Virus record (IMG/VR): IMGVR_UViG_3300009431_001072
Reading direction: 5' to 3' (one strand)
Source: a virus
Length of the DNA: 25,210 nt
Both the position numbers and the translations under genes were made by a program. The notes beneath the pieces are model-generated. The model made no database searches. It was not told the DNA's origin and saw nothing but the letters and a program-made list of their open reading frames with translations. Of this stretch, positions 10,868-19,429 are shown one piece after another (position 1 is the stretch's first letter; each line of letters starts with the position of its first letter).

Positions 10868-11587
10868 ATGAGAGGAAACTTAGCATTACTTCACCCAAAA
10901 TATTTAGATAATAAAGGGTTAGTGTGGATTTGGCGAGAGGGTATATACTATTATCGTGCTTTTGCTTCGCCATTTAGTAAATATCGTAAATTCAGATATC
11001 GCTATGGCGTCAAATGTATACGTGAGTCTTGTGCTCCGAGAGTTGCCATTGCTAACTACTTATATTATATATGGAAAGAAGCAATAGGCCGAGGTTTGAA
11101 ATTTAATAAACAATTGATGAACCGAAGTAAACCTGATTTAAGTGTTAATCTAAGATTAGAAGTAGATGGGGAAACTGTCGCTGTGTGTGCTTACGAAACA
11201 ACGGTTAACTTAATAGGCAGAGGCAAAGAAGACGCTACGATACGATATAACTATCTAAAAAATGAGCCATTATTGCAAGTACATCCGTTATTTCGCGTAA
11301 TAAAAAATGAAGATTATTTAGAAAATTGGTGGAAAAAATATGAAGAAAGAACTACAAGAAGCGTCACAGTTAGTGGAACTTATTCAATTAATGGAACCTA
11401 CCCAGACGGTGCCGTGTATGCGGTTGATACAGAACCACAAACAAACTCAGCTGTTAGGTACTATACTACATCAGATCCCACAGGATCCCCATATATTAAT
11501 ATTGAAGGGACTGCCGGGATGCGGGAAAACGACGTGGGCCAAAGATTTACAATCTCGTCAAGCACAGCGGGGTCATCGTCTATATAA
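10868..11587 (+). CDS. pyrimidine-dimer DNA glycosylase / endonuclease V (DenV)-like protein; last ~80 codons doubtful
   Basis: The N-terminus MRGNLALLHPKYLDNKGLVWIWREG matches my memory of the MR.WSLHP.YLD.KGLVALWRE family, which is annotated as pyrimidine dimer DNA glycosylase/endonuclease V. The ORF stays open for 248 nt into the Pnkp gene in another frame, and that tail is low-complexity. Confidence 0.5.
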   Translation: MRGNLALLHPKYLDNKGLVWIWREGIYYYRAFASPFSKYRKFRYRYGVKCIRESCAPRVAIANYLYYIWKEAIGRGLKFNKQLMNRSKPDLSVNLRLEVDGETVAVCAYETTVNLIGRGKEDATIRYNYLKNEPLLQVHPLFRVIKNEDYLENWWKKYEERTTRSVTVSGTYSINGTYPDGAVYAVDTEPQTNSAVRYYTTSDPTGSPYINIEGTAGMRENDVGQRFTISSSTAGSSSI

Positions 11588-12380
11588 AAGAATCAACAAA
11601 GACGAAATCAGGGCAATGCTTGATGATTCACGTTTTTCAGGTGGAAATGAAAGGCTTGTTTTAAAAACAAGGAATAAACTCCTGACAGACTTTTTAAAAA
11701 GAGGGTACAATGTAATCATCGATGACACAAACTTGCATCCTAAACATGAAAAGACAGTGGTTACAATCGTTAGGAAATTATTTCCAAAAGTATCTGTTAT
11801 CACAGTCGATTTCACTGAAATGTCACTAGATGTCTGTATCGAAAGAGACTTAGCACGTAAAAGTTTACCTTCCGGTTATGTAGGCAAGAAAATAATATTG
11901 GATATGTATCGTAGATATGTAAGGAAACCATTTAATACAGTGATCCAAGACGAGAATCTACCGAAGGCTATCATTGTTGATATTGACGGAACTCTTGCAA
12001 ATTGTAGTCATCGTAGCCCATATGATACTGAGAAATGCTTAGATGATAAGTTAATACTGCCCGTGTACCAAGCAGTTCTCGCTATGAGTTCATGTGTAAA
12101 TAATATTATTTATTTATCTGGGAGAGAAGACAAGTATGAAGATCTCACTAGAAAATGGCTAGAGAAACATAAAATAGATTTTGAACTCTTATATATGCGA
12201 GCCGAAGGCGACACTCGCCCGGATTGGATAATAAAGAAAGAATTGTTTTACAAACATATTAAAGATAAACATAACATCTTATTTGTAATAGACGACCGAC
12301 CACAAGTTAGAAAGATGTGGGTAAAAGAAGGAATATTTGTCTTTAATGTCTATCAAGATTTATATCAAGCTGAATTTTAA
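11340..12380 (+). CDS. pseT: polynucleotide 5'-kinase / 3'-phosphatase (T4 Pnkp-like)
   Basis: Kinase P-loop ILILKGLPGCGKTTWAKD (T4: ILTIGCPGSGKSTWARE). DDTNLHP matches SDTNLNP. Phosphatase HAD motif IIVDIDGTLA matches VIFDVDGTLA. SGRE, GDTRPDWIIKKELF and VIDDRPQV (AIDDRTQV) also match. The start is uncertain: 11340, or 11418 at M27. The ~50-aa N-terminal extension is absent in T4. Confidence 0.9.
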   Translation: MKKELQEASQLVELIQLMEPTQTVPCMRLIQNHKQTQLLGTILHQIPQDPHILILKGLPGCGKTTWAKDLQSRQAQRGHRLYKRINKDEIRAMLDDSRFSGGNERLVLKTRNKLLTDFLKRGYNVIIDDTNLHPKHEKTVVTIVRKLFPKVSVITVDFTEMSLDVCIERDLARKSLPSGYVGKKIILDMYRRYVRKPFNTVIQDENLPKAIIVDIDGTLANCSHRSPYDTEKCLDDKLILPVYQAVLAMSSCVNNIIYLSGREDKYEDLTRKWLEKHKIDFELLYMRAEGDTRPDWIIKKELFYKHIKDKHNILFVIDDRPQVRKMWVKEGIFVFNVYQDLYQAEF

Positions 12381-12397
12381 TTGTAAGGATTTAACCT

Positions 12398-13186
12398 ATG
12401 AAAATCATAAACATAATCATTTTAATAACTTTAGTTATAACATCGATTACCTTTTCTCAATCTTCGAGGTGGGAAGCTGAGGATATGGCAATAATAGACA
12501 GTAGCAATGTGTATGTATTTGGTACATATGTCGGGATCTACAATAATGGCGGAGTACAATTTTGGAAGCGCTTCGATGACGGAATCTATGAAATATCTGT
12601 GAGGGCGCTAGAAATGGCTGCAGGAGATGAGCATGCACGATTGTTGGTAGAAAATGGTAAAAGTGTAAGCTTCGAATTCGAGGTCAAGTCATTAATAGAT
12701 TCTATTTACGTTGATACTCTTGTAGTGGATGATGGCAATAACTGGAAACTAGTGTTTACAAACGATCATTGGATACCCGATGTAATGGACAGGAATCTAT
12801 ATATAGATTATATAGAGTTCACATATATCGAACCTTATGTACCAATTGACACAACAGTAGTCGATACAACAGTAACTAGACATGACTCTGTAAAGGTTGC
12901 ATGGAACGCGAATTCTGAAGATGACCTTAGGAATTATTCTGTTTATTATGGTATAAACAGCAGACTGTATTCGCAGAAAGTAGGTGGTGTAATAGACACA
13001 TTTAAAACAATCGTTGATAACTTCACAGTTAACATTCCATACTACTTCGCTGTCACAGCAACAGATACAGCAAGTAATGAAAGTGCATATTCCGCTGAAG
13101 TTGAATACATATTTACATCTGTGTCTGGTGATTCCACTGCTCCTGATGTTCTATTCATAGAAGTTACACCTATATTTGAGGATTGA
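12398..13186 (+). CDS. secreted protein: CBM-like beta-sandwich + FN3 domain
   Basis: Signal-like MKIINIIILITLVITSITFSQS. CBM6/35-like hallmarks WEAEDM ... YEISVRA ... DRNLYIDYIEF. FN3-like VKVAWNANSEDDLRNYSVYYG ... YYFAVTATDTASNESAYS. Confidence 0.65.
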   Translation: MKIINIIILITLVITSITFSQSSRWEAEDMAIIDSSNVYVFGTYVGIYNNGGVQFWKRFDDGIYEISVRALEMAAGDEHARLLVENGKSVSFEFEVKSLIDSIYVDTLVVDDGNNWKLVFTNDHWIPDVMDRNLYIDYIEFTYIEPYVPIDTTVVDTTVTRHDSVKVAWNANSEDDLRNYSVYYGINSRLYSQKVGGVIDTFKTIVDNFTVNIPYYFAVTATDTASNESAYSAEVEYIFTSVSGDSTAPDVLFIEVTPIFED

Positions 13187-13187
13187 T

Positions 13188-14222
13188 ATGAAAATAATTA
13201 TACCGGATGATTATATAGAAAGAAAATTAATCTATAAGAAGGAACATCCGACTAAACCGTTATATATTTATAATTACTCTCCGGAAGTACAATTTAGCAG
13301 ACTCTGGGATGAATACACCTCTATTTGCAGAGGACTAATTCTCGATGAAAACAACAATGTAGTCGCCAGACCTATTCCTAAATTCTTCAATTTAGGAGAG
13401 ATAGGACTTGATAATCTCCCAAAAGAGCCTTATATTATAACAGAGAAAATAGATGGAAGTATGATAATAATAGTTCGCTACCAAGATGAACTTTTATTTG
13501 CTTCTCGTGGAAGTTTCATATCAGACCAGGCAATTAAGGCTAAAGAAATATTTAATAGTAAATATGCCCAAAATCAAATACTTCCTGATAAAACTTTTTT
13601 ATTCGAAGTAATTTACCCAGAAAACCGCATAGTTGTAAACTATGATGACAAAGAAGACCTGATAGGATTGGTAACTGTAGATAATGAAACAGGTAAAAGC
13701 CAGGAAATGTCGTCAGGCCATGGATTCCCTGTAGCTAAACAGTATCCATCTGCTATAAGCATAAAAGATTTACAAACTCTAGACGATACAAATAAAGAAG
13801 GCTTTGTTGTTAGATTCACAGAATCAGATTTCAGAGTAAAAATTAAATTTGATGAATATGTTCGTCTACACAAAATAGTAACTAATCTTAGCGAAAAAAC
13901 TGTATGGGAATCTTTAAGAGACGGCAACGAAATGTCGGAGTTAGACATTCCAGATGAATTCATGGATTGGCTAAAAACTACCAGCCTTGAATTTAAAAAG
14001 AAATACAGGAATATTGTAAATAAATGCAAAATAGATTTCCAAGTAATTAAGAAAAGGCCGTGTTTATTTAAAGAACGAAAAGACATAGCAGAATATTTTA
14101 ATAAAAAGAAATATCCAGGAATATTGTTTGCTATGTTGGATAACCGTGATTACTCCGAGATTGTTTGGAAGTTAATTAAACCAAAGAAAGAAAATGAATG
14201 TAATATTAAGACCTGCTTGTAA
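13188..14222 (+). CDS. RNA ligase 1 (T4 Rnl1-like)
   Basis: CRGLILDENNNVVARPIPKFFNLGE matches T4 Rnl1 CRGIMFE...RPMEKFFNLNE. Motif I is ITEKIDGSMI (T4 LTKEDGSLV). FASRGSFISDQA matches FKSKGSIKSEQA. FEVIYPENRIVVNY matches FEFVAPTNRIVLAY. EGFVVRF..DFRVKIKFDEYVRLH matches EGYVAVM..HFKIKSDWYVSLH. I start it at ATG 13188 (GAGGA RBS) rather than the TTG at 13176. Confidence 0.85.
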   Translation: MKIIIPDDYIERKLIYKKEHPTKPLYIYNYSPEVQFSRLWDEYTSICRGLILDENNNVVARPIPKFFNLGEIGLDNLPKEPYIITEKIDGSMIIIVRYQDELLFASRGSFISDQAIKAKEIFNSKYAQNQILPDKTFLFEVIYPENRIVVNYDDKEDLIGLVTVDNETGKSQEMSSGHGFPVAKQYPSAISIKDLQTLDDTNKEGFVVRFTESDFRVKIKFDEYVRLHKIVTNLSEKTVWESLRDGNEMSELDIPDEFMDWLKTTSLEFKKKYRNIVNKCKIDFQVIKKRPCLFKERKDIAEYFNKKKYPGILFAMLDNRDYSEIVWKLIKPKKENECNIKTCL

Positions 14223-15093
14223 TCGCCCAGAGATGCTACATATTTCTATTGAAACGGAGATTGCAGCTAGAAAATATTGTGAGCCTTTAAGTGATTTACT
14301 AACGATATTTGTAATTGATGCTGGTGATAACGCTAAAGTTATAGAATTAGCAAAAGCTTACCCTTATAAAAAAGAAATAATAATAAGAGATACTCAATAC
14401 GGATTAACTAAAAATATACTAGAAGGTATGAAAACAGCTTTTTCGAAATCTGACGATTACATATTCTACATAGAAGATGATATTATTGTACATAAAACAT
14501 ACTTTCAATATATGGATACCGCATTAGAGTTATGCGATAAAAAAAAGTTTACAATAGTATCATCTTTTAGTTTTACAAATAGTGGAGATATTAACAAAGT
14601 AGCCAGAGGGAATCGTTATTCAGCATTAGGTCCGATTATTATGAAGCCATTCTTTGATAAATATATATTACAACATGTGAATGATGCTTACTATAAAGAC
14701 GATGGTAGTAGAATATCTTATATAAAAAATCTTGATAAGCAAAATGAAAAATATTTTGTGAAAGGTTATAAATATAGAGATTTCTCTAGTTGTCATAATG
14801 AACAAGCTGGTCTTATAAATAGATTAATAGATGTTGCAAAAATAGAAGGGGATGGGGAAATACTATTACCTTATATTAGTAGGGCAGTGCATATAGGATT
14901 CTATGGCAAAAATAGACCAGGTAAAGTGAATGGCAACAACTTTGAAGAAAGATTACGTAATATAAAAAATATAATATCCTCAAAAGACACAAGTAGGATA
15001 CCAAATAGTGCCAAATATGGTGACTACCAAAGATTGTCTGGGAAATTAAATGAATGGGATGGCACTTTAAAATTTTGGATTAAACCAAAATGA
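14194..15093 (+). CDS. GT-A fold glycosyltransferase (GnT-I/GT13-like EDD motif)
   Basis: The first strand VILRPACNRPEML, then FVIDAGDN and YIEDDIIV (DxD-type), fit a GT-A Rossmann-like fold. It overlaps the Rnl1 3' end by 29 nt. Confidence 0.5.
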   Translation: MNVILRPACNRPEMLHISIETEIAARKYCEPLSDLLTIFVIDAGDNAKVIELAKAYPYKKEIIIRDTQYGLTKNILEGMKTAFSKSDDYIFYIEDDIIVHKTYFQYMDTALELCDKKKFTIVSSFSFTNSGDINKVARGNRYSALGPIIMKPFFDKYILQHVNDAYYKDDGSRISYIKNLDKQNEKYFVKGYKYRDFSSCHNEQAGLINRLIDVAKIEGDGEILLPYISRAVHIGFYGKNRPGKVNGNNFEERLRNIKNIISSKDTSRIPNSAKYGDYQRLSGKLNEWDGTLKFWIKPK

Positions 15094-15959
15094 AAAAATT
15101 ACTTTTTATAACAGGCGAAGGATTAGGGAACGTTATAGAATGTATCCCATGTGTCAGAACTATAAAAGAACATGGAGTAACCTTAGACTTTTGGTTTGCA
15201 CATGGATCATTTCCGTTACCAAAAATAATCCCATATGTTAACAAATGGTTCACTGGTGGAGAAAGGCCAAAAGATATTAACAATTATAGTGGAGTAATGG
15301 CTACTAAATGGGGACAAAGTTTAGCGAAAACATTAAATTTACCATTACTTAACAAAGTTCGACAATTAACAATGAACGAGTCGGAAGTAAGTGTATACAT
15401 GAAAATGGCCGATGATTTAGGAATAAAAAACTTATTTTGGCATGGTAACTGCATGTACACACCTACACAAGAAAAGTATGATATTGTTATAAGTAATGGA
15501 TTTAACTATAAGTCTGACTTAGATTGGAGTGTAAAATCATATATTTATTATTCAAAGGTAGTCTCTAGTTTAAAAAAACTTGGGCTCACTGTTTGTTCTG
15601 TAGGAGCAGCCAATGAGTATGTACCAGGGACTACCAATAAAACTAATATTGGGTTATTAAACACTTTTGGGTTAATCAAAAATGCTAAATTAGTCATAGC
15701 CAACGATAGTGGAATGTATCATGCGGCTAATGCATTAGAAACCCCAAACATTGTCATATTTACAGCTACTTCTATAAAGAAAAACTATGACAAGCGTTTT
15801 CATAAGTTTGCCTCTGTAATAACTAGAACAGATCTACCATGCAAACCATGCCAGCCATCAAAGGCATGGATACGTACTTGTAAAAATTGGAAATGCCGTG
15901 ATATCGGCCACCATATAATAATTAATGAAGTTAAAAAAATATTAAAGATACAGAGATAA
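15090..15959 (+). CDS. glycosyltransferase family 9 (heptosyltransferase-like)
   Basis: LFITGEGLGNVIECIPCVRTIKE matches the GT9 N-terminal I.....LGD......P..R.LK. ANDSGMYHAANALETPNIVIF matches NDSGPMHLAAALGTP.V.LF. ATGA overlap with the upstream gene. Confidence 0.75.
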   Translation: MKKLLFITGEGLGNVIECIPCVRTIKEHGVTLDFWFAHGSFPLPKIIPYVNKWFTGGERPKDINNYSGVMATKWGQSLAKTLNLPLLNKVRQLTMNESEVSVYMKMADDLGIKNLFWHGNCMYTPTQEKYDIVISNGFNYKSDLDWSVKSYIYYSKVVSSLKKLGLTVCSVGAANEYVPGTTNKTNIGLLNTFGLIKNAKLVIANDSGMYHAANALETPNIVIFTATSIKKNYDKRFHKFASVITRTDLPCKPCQPSKAWIRTCKNWKCRDIGHHIIINEVKKILKIQR

Positions 15960-15961
15960 AA

Positions 15962-16813
15962 ATGAAAATACTATTTATTGCCGTATTTGACCCAAAGTCA
16001 ACTAACGCGTGGCAAGCAAAAAGCTTCGAAATGCTAGGACATGAAGTCATTAGGTATGAGTATCGAGCAATAGCTGCAAGACTCGGAATCAACGGAAGAG
16101 ATGATGATTTAATACATGTTTGTCGAGAAAATAAACCTGATATGATCTTATTTTCCAAATGTAACAAAATGAATGTTAGAGTAGTTATTGAATGCGGCAA
16201 AATAGGTAAAACGGTATTATGGTATATGGATCCTGCCGGAAATATTGATACAGAACTAATAGAAAAAATGAAAGCTAGCAACTACGTATTTAGCGCAAGG
16301 TGGGATGGATACAACGAATCAAAAAAATATAATAGCAATTCTTTTAGGATACACGAGGGCTTTGATTCACTTGTACATAAACCTTTTAATGTTCCACGTA
16401 CAAGAGATATTTGTTTTATAGGAGAAGCTCGTTCTTATAGAAAACCATATCTGGATGCGGCAAATGTTCCGGTATTTAATAATGTGTTCAACTACGAACA
16501 TGCGAAACTTGTTTCAGAAACTAAAATAAATCTCGGATTAACAGAAGGTGACGGTACATCAGATAGAACATATAAAATTATGGCAGCCGGAGGATTTTTA
16601 CTAACTATGCCATGGGAGAAAATTGAAGACGAGTTTGAATTAGGAATCGATTTAGTTACTTTTGATAACGTAGATGTTCTTAAATACAAAATTCAATACT
16701 ATCTTACAAATGAACTTGAACGTGAAGCTATAGCAAAAAATGGAATGGAAACTGTCAAAAAATATAATGATATTAACTTTGTTAAAAGCATATTAAAAGA
16801 GGTGACTAAGTAA
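15962..16813 (+). CDS. CgeB-like glycosyltransferase (Glyco_trans_1_2 type C-terminal domain)
   Basis: INLGLTEGDGTSDRTYKIMAAGGFLLTMPWEKIEDEFELGIDLVTFDNVDVLKYKIQYYLTNELEREAIAKNG fits the CgeB/DUF3880 family pattern. Confidence 0.6.
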   Translation: MKILFIAVFDPKSTNAWQAKSFEMLGHEVIRYEYRAIAARLGINGRDDDLIHVCRENKPDMILFSKCNKMNVRVVIECGKIGKTVLWYMDPAGNIDTELIEKMKASNYVFSARWDGYNESKKYNSNSFRIHEGFDSLVHKPFNVPRTRDICFIGEARSYRKPYLDAANVPVFNNVFNYEHAKLVSETKINLGLTEGDGTSDRTYKIMAAGGFLLTMPWEKIEDEFELGIDLVTFDNVDVLKYKIQYYLTNELEREAIAKNGMETVKKYNDINFVKSILKEVTK

Positions 16814-16815
16814 AC

Positions 16816-17520
16816 ATGGATTGTCCTTTCTGTAAAAATAGTAAAGTAACACAATATTTGAATACAAAAAATTCCAGGTGTAGTATCTGTGGGTTGTATA
16901 TAAATAATACTCAAATGTCTCCAGAACAAATTAAAGAATTTAATAGAAATTTCCTATTGGGCGCATGTCATAATCTCAGTAAAAGAACCCAAAGATTAGG
17001 TGAAGCTAAGGATTTGCAAGTAGCTACATTAAAACAACACGGGTCTATAGATAAAGTATATGACGTTGGAGCAGCTTCCGGGTTTTTTATGAAAGCCGTA
17101 GAAGACGCAGGTGGAGTTGCGCACGGAAATGAAATAAGCATGGCAAGCATCGCTTGGGCAAAAAAAGAGTATGGTATCAACATAGCTTACGGATTTCTTG
17201 AAGAATTGGAAATACCTGACTCTTACTTCGATGCTGTTGTTTTGTGGAATACGTTGGAGCATACCAGTAATCCAAAAACTACGTTAGACGTATGTTATAG
17301 GGTATTAAAGGAAGGCGGATTAATTTATATTAAAGTTCCCAATCATAAGTCTCCTAACGAGCTAATAAACTTCTACGAAGGAGCCCATTTATTTGAGTTC
17401 ACTGAAGAATGTTTGTCTATACACTTAAAAGATATTGGATTTAAAGAAATATTTGTGGATCCAAAAGATGTAGATCCACGATGTAACGTTACTGCTGCTG
17501 TATATCTTTATAGGAAATAA
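16816..17520 (+). CDS. class I SAM-dependent methyltransferase with N-terminal zinc ribbon
   Basis: CPFC...CSIC, then motif I VYDVGAASGFF, then FDAVVLWNTLEHTSNP and LKEGGLIYIKVPN. Confidence 0.8.
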   Translation: MDCPFCKNSKVTQYLNTKNSRCSICGLYINNTQMSPEQIKEFNRNFLLGACHNLSKRTQRLGEAKDLQVATLKQHGSIDKVYDVGAASGFFMKAVEDAGGVAHGNEISMASIAWAKKEYGINIAYGFLEELEIPDSYFDAVVLWNTLEHTSNPKTTLDVCYRVLKEGGLIYIKVPNHKSPNELINFYEGAHLFEFTEECLSIHLKDIGFKEIFVDPKDVDPRCNVTAAVYLYRK

Positions 17521-17522
17521 TT

Positions 17523-18281
17523 ATGAAAAAAGCACTTATCAAATACCACCACGGTCTGGGGGATATATTGCAGTTAACTCCTCATTTAAGAAAATTATAT
17601 CATATGGGGTATGTTACTGATATAATGGGTATGGCGCAGAATAATACGTCCCATCTATTAGATGCTTGTCCTTATACCGATAGCTACATAGACATACCAA
17701 ATACGTGGAAGTCACCGCTGGGGTTTAATAAACAATTAGAAGTCGATATGCAATTGTTTAATAAAATAAAACCAGAGTATGACTGGGCTGGTTATGCAAA
17801 TCACCTAAACATAGGTGGTATTAACAAAATAGATTTTACTTCTAAAGAATTAGGTCTCGATATAACAGATAAAACCCTCGAGGTATTTATACCAAAATCT
17901 GTAGAAAAAGAAGTTCTGGAATATATACAAAAAACATACCCAAATGGGTATACTTTTGTACATACATTAATTGAAGAACATACCTACCATGACTGGAATC
18001 CGACAGATTGGATAAATGTTAACTTGCCAAAACTGCCAATAGTAGATACTGGCTACAGCGGTAATTACTATAGATGGAAAGATGATATAAATGCAACATT
18101 TGTTTTACTAAGAGAAGCTACACATAAAGTTTTGTCTTCATCTGTTATGGTACATGCATGTGACGCTATGGGTGTTCCTATGGATATAGTAAACTATGGA
18201 AGAGTAGATAGAAAGGTATGGCCCTTTAATCATAAACAGCTATTAAAAAGTATAAGAGAAAATGGAGTAATGATAAAGTAA
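17523..18281 (+). CDS. GT9-like protein (divergent glycosyltransferase candidate)
   Basis: ALIKYHHGLGDILQLTPHLRKLY resembles the GT9 N-terminal motif. SSSVMVHACDAMGVPMDIV resembles the NDSG.MH.A.A.G.P motif. It is otherwise unrecognised. Confidence 0.4.
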   Translation: MKKALIKYHHGLGDILQLTPHLRKLYHMGYVTDIMGMAQNNTSHLLDACPYTDSYIDIPNTWKSPLGFNKQLEVDMQLFNKIKPEYDWAGYANHLNIGGINKIDFTSKELGLDITDKTLEVFIPKSVEKEVLEYIQKTYPNGYTFVHTLIEEHTYHDWNPTDWINVNLPKLPIVDTGYSGNYYRWKDDINATFVLLREATHKVLSSSVMVHACDAMGVPMDIVNYGRVDRKVWPFNHKQLLKSIRENGVMIK

Positions 18282-18895
18282 TGGATTTATCCAAACTATC
18301 AAGGTTAGAACGTGAAGGTTACTTTGAAATCCAAGAAGCCTTTCGCCGTGGCGATGGTTATTCTAAAGATACACAAAGGTTCCAAAAATATTTTGAATAT
18401 ATCAAAAAATTTGGCAAAACCAATCCAGAAGTAGATGTGTTGGATGTTGGTTGCGGCCCGGGTCCATTGGAAGTTTACCTTAAAAAATTCGGTTATAAAA
18501 ATGTCGAGGCACTAGACTTTAGTGATGAAGGCATAAGACAATGTAAGCAAAATGTTCCGGAATTTAGTTATACCATAGGTGACATAAATGAAGTAGAGAC
18601 TATTTATCTGAATAAAAAATTTGATATAGTCTTCTGCCTACAGGTATTAGAACATATGGAAAAACACAAAAGTGTTTTAAAGCAGTTATATAACTTAACT
18701 GCTAATGAAGGATTACTAATCATAAGTGTACCATGGGATCATTGTAAAAGTAACAGACTCCATATAAACCATTACTTGCCAGAGACATTTAATGAATTAG
18801 CAAAAGAACTAAACATGCCTGCGCCCATTGTTACCGAAAGATTTGGCGAAGGGAACCTTCAATTACTAGCCATATTTAAAAATGAAAAGATTTGA
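18281..18895 (+). CDS. class I SAM-dependent methyltransferase
   Basis: Motif I VLDVGCGPGPL, then ALDFSDEGI and FDIVFCLQVLEHM. TAATG overlap with the upstream gene. Confidence 0.8.
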   Translation: MDLSKLSRLEREGYFEIQEAFRRGDGYSKDTQRFQKYFEYIKKFGKTNPEVDVLDVGCGPGPLEVYLKKFGYKNVEALDFSDEGIRQCKQNVPEFSYTIGDINEVETIYLNKKFDIVFCLQVLEHMEKHKSVLKQLYNLTANEGLLIISVPWDHCKSNRLHINHYLPETFNELAKELNMPAPIVTERFGEGNLQLLAIFKNEKI

Positions 18896-19427
18896 AATTA
18901 TTACATCTTTAATAAAAGGTGTAAAGAACCCAGTAGGGGCTGAAATAGGAGTGTGTAATGGTGTATTTACTGAATATATGCTAACACATAACCCTGCTCT
19001 TGTATTGTATGCTGTAGACCCGTTCATAATGTATCAAAAACAATACGAGTCCGGTGTAGTTCAACACGGTTTTTCAACGCAGAACGAATTTGATGAACAA
19101 TTTAAAAGTACAAAAGCAAAGCTTGCCAAATTCATAGATAGATGTGTGCTGCTAAGAACACTATCGGCAGAAGCTGTGAATGTAATAAAGAATAATTCAC
19201 TAGATTTTGTATTTATAGACGGAAACCATTTGTACAACTATGTTAAAGCCGATATAATTTCTTATTATGATAAAGTAAAAAACGGGGGAATACTGGCTGG
19301 ACATGATTATAACCCAAATGATATTAATCACCTAACCAATACATGCAGAGCAGTTAATGAGGTATTTACGAAGGAAGATGTAACCACTGGTGATGATAGT
19401 ACTTGGTGGATTAAAAAAGGAAACTAA
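18882..19427 (+). CDS. class I SAM-dependent methyltransferase (O-methyltransferase family 3 / Methyltransf_24-like)
   Basis: GAEIGVCNGVFTEYML, LDFVFIDGNHLYNYVKADI and GGILAGHDY. It overlaps the upstream gene by 14 nt. Confidence 0.7.
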   Translation: MKRFEIITSLIKGVKNPVGAEIGVCNGVFTEYMLTHNPALVLYAVDPFIMYQKQYESGVVQHGFSTQNEFDEQFKSTKAKLAKFIDRCVLLRTLSAEAVNVIKNNSLDFVFIDGNHLYNYVKADIISYYDKVKNGGILAGHDYNPNDINHLTNTCRAVNEVFTKEDVTTGDDSTWWIKKGN

Positions 19428-19429
19428 AC

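Noticed and set aside
11331-11345. A +1 frameshift at WKKY (A6 run) fusing the DenV-like protein to Pnkp.
   Set aside because: There is no recognisable +1 shift site (rare or hungry codon plus slippery context). Pnkp has its own ATG with a GGTGG RBS-like element. No precedent is known to me. I keep it as an unexplained overlap instead.
13640-14086. 148-aa minus-strand ORF, and the other long antisense ORFs (15931..16281, 24181..24519, 4118..4432, 132..458, among others).
   Set aside because: Each is fully contained in a plus-strand gene with a clear family signature (Rnl1, GT, GT-B, cohesin-like, GYD). Their translations are Ser/Leu/Phe-rich junk with no motifs.
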